From Candidatus Poribacteria bacterium (lineage in GTDB: Bacteria > Poribacteria > WGA-4E > PCPOR2b), in NCBI GenBank assembly GCA_965215015.1, contig OZ244042.1:3744001-3808000 (forward strand): a stretch of DNA of 64,000 nucleotides. Reading direction: 5' to 3'. The position numbers and the translations under genes are program-made. The notes under the pieces are model-generated. The model was not told the origin of the DNA, made no database searches, and saw only the letters and a program-made list of their open reading frames with translations. The first letter of the stretch is position 1. Each line of letters begins with the position of its first letter. Positions 63,601 to 64,000 of the stretch are shown piece by piece.

Positions 63601-64000
63601 AAGCGCGATGCAGCTCGACAAAATTGCGGACACCGTGCGTTTGGTTCAACGGTTCAAGGGCGAGATCGAATAGGATATCGATGTGGGCACGGTGGGTATC
63701 GTTGCAATCAATATCCTTGATAAGGGTTACTTTTTCGAGGACATCGCGGGATGGGTCGGATGCGTGCAAACGGCGATTGATAATCGACAGGGTGAGTGTA
63801 TCGCCGTGTTGAAAGAGCAGCATCGCGGGTATCGAGAACAACTTGTTTATTTCGCGGGTGATCTGTGAGAGTTGGGTGCGGTTGTAATCGCTGCCTTCCA
63901 AGCGGATTGCGAAGAAAAGGTAGGATTCGATGATGGTGTTATCCACCTGCGTCTGGCTGGGATTGAAACTCCATCGGGTTGTATCCGTGGGGGTCAGGTC
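60632..64000 (-). CDS. Second Eco57I/type IIG-like methyltransferase paralogue, 5' end beyond the window
   Basis: Near-identical to 53369..56935 up to GNPPY, different specificity region, similar C-terminal tail. Confidence 0.88.
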   Translation of the reverse strand, partial: DLTPTDTTRWSFNPSQTQVDNTIIESYLFFAIRLEGSDYNRTQLSQITREINKLFSIPAMLLFQHGDTLTLSIINRRLHASDPSRDVLEKVTLIKDIDCNDTHRAHIDILFDLALEPLNQTHGVRNFVELHRAWEKTLDTEALNKQFYRELFAWFEWAVAEGEFPTNEKRTLKSEEHVIRLITRLLFVWFIKEKGLIADDLFNEMHIAPLLKDYDRGTGDSYYRAVLQNLFFATLNTEIEKRGFSEGGNPVHRNFSRYRYKDQIADPDKLLGLFAQTPFINGGLFDCLDSEEATRDGGYRVDCFSDVHYSQLSIPNRLFFDDAYGLILLLERYKFTVEENTPIEQEVALDPELLGKVFENLLAAYNPETGTTARKQTGSYYTPRAIVDYMVEETLVATLAGQVAPTDGDPKSWDERLHYLFDYAKAFDEASERFDSCESDRVVRAISELKILDPAVGSGAFPMGILHKLTLALRRLDPDNTRWEQLQKERAIQRAADAFDTKDRQSRDEELTEISRIFENYSGNFGRKLYLIQNSIFGVDIQSIACQIAKLRFFISLAIEQEPDSAAANFGIKPLPNLETRFIAANTLIGLEGERTLTSPRAKALEGELGKNRERHFHATTRPQKLDCKRADKKLRQELATELRHIGIPADDANKVAAWDPYDQNASADWFDTEWMFGVTDGFDVVIGNPPYIQLQRDGGRLGRLYAPCNFDSFIRTGDIYCLFYEKANQLLKNGGHGCLITSNKWMRAAYGKRLRDYFIRYTQPIQLLDMGPDVFDATVDTNILLLRNTMPDAYSVFKAATIKSDFDTHTGAIAPYLNASGVAMELPAKGEPWAILSPAALALKRKIEHVGKPLKDWDINIYRGITTGCNEAFIIDEAKREELVAEDPKSAEIIKPLLRGRDIERYHLRWAGLYSINTFPALNLNIDDYPAVKNYLLEFGKDRLEQAGKILADGTKSRKKTGNKWFELSDQIAYYPEFEQEKIVWQEMATKGTFLIDRNQFYSLDTTRILTGKNPTYLIGILNSKFFLFAFKNYYAGGHLGSRGVRFKGEFMERFPVPPVTEANQHLAAQIEARVDQILAAKETDPEADVSELENEIDQIVYLLYGLTPAEIGIVEGLENV

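Overview
A bacterial chromosomal window. Dockerin, discoidin and FlgD-type secreted proteins plus repeat-rich intergenic DNA resemble Candidatus Poribacteria, but that assignment is inference only. In order it holds: two tandem OPT-like membrane protein paralogues with a PqqD-like protein and an ABC ATPase; metabolic genes; tRNA-Gln and tRNA-Glu with a recombinase remnant and two DnaA boxes; a Psp/flotillin membrane-stress cluster whose genes share a sigma54-like motif; a SpoIVB-like peptidase and a beta-propeller protein; a 127-bp tandem array before DUF1156 and D12-class DNA methyltransferases; sugar-acid catabolic genes; pepA and rfaE2; and a defence-like locus at the right end. The most striking structure is in that last locus. 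Two Eco57I/type IIG-like methyltransferase paralogues are nearly identical up to the NPPY motif, have unrelated target-recognition regions, and converge again at the C-terminus. Each is followed by an array of ~154-bp units made of an imperfect hairpin plus a variant copy of the gene's last 19 codons (8 and 7 extra copies). The second array changes progressively along its length and includes tails from other paralogues. This may be a scar record of, or a substrate for, specificity-domain swapping. All product calls come from motif recognition by eye; no database searches were run.
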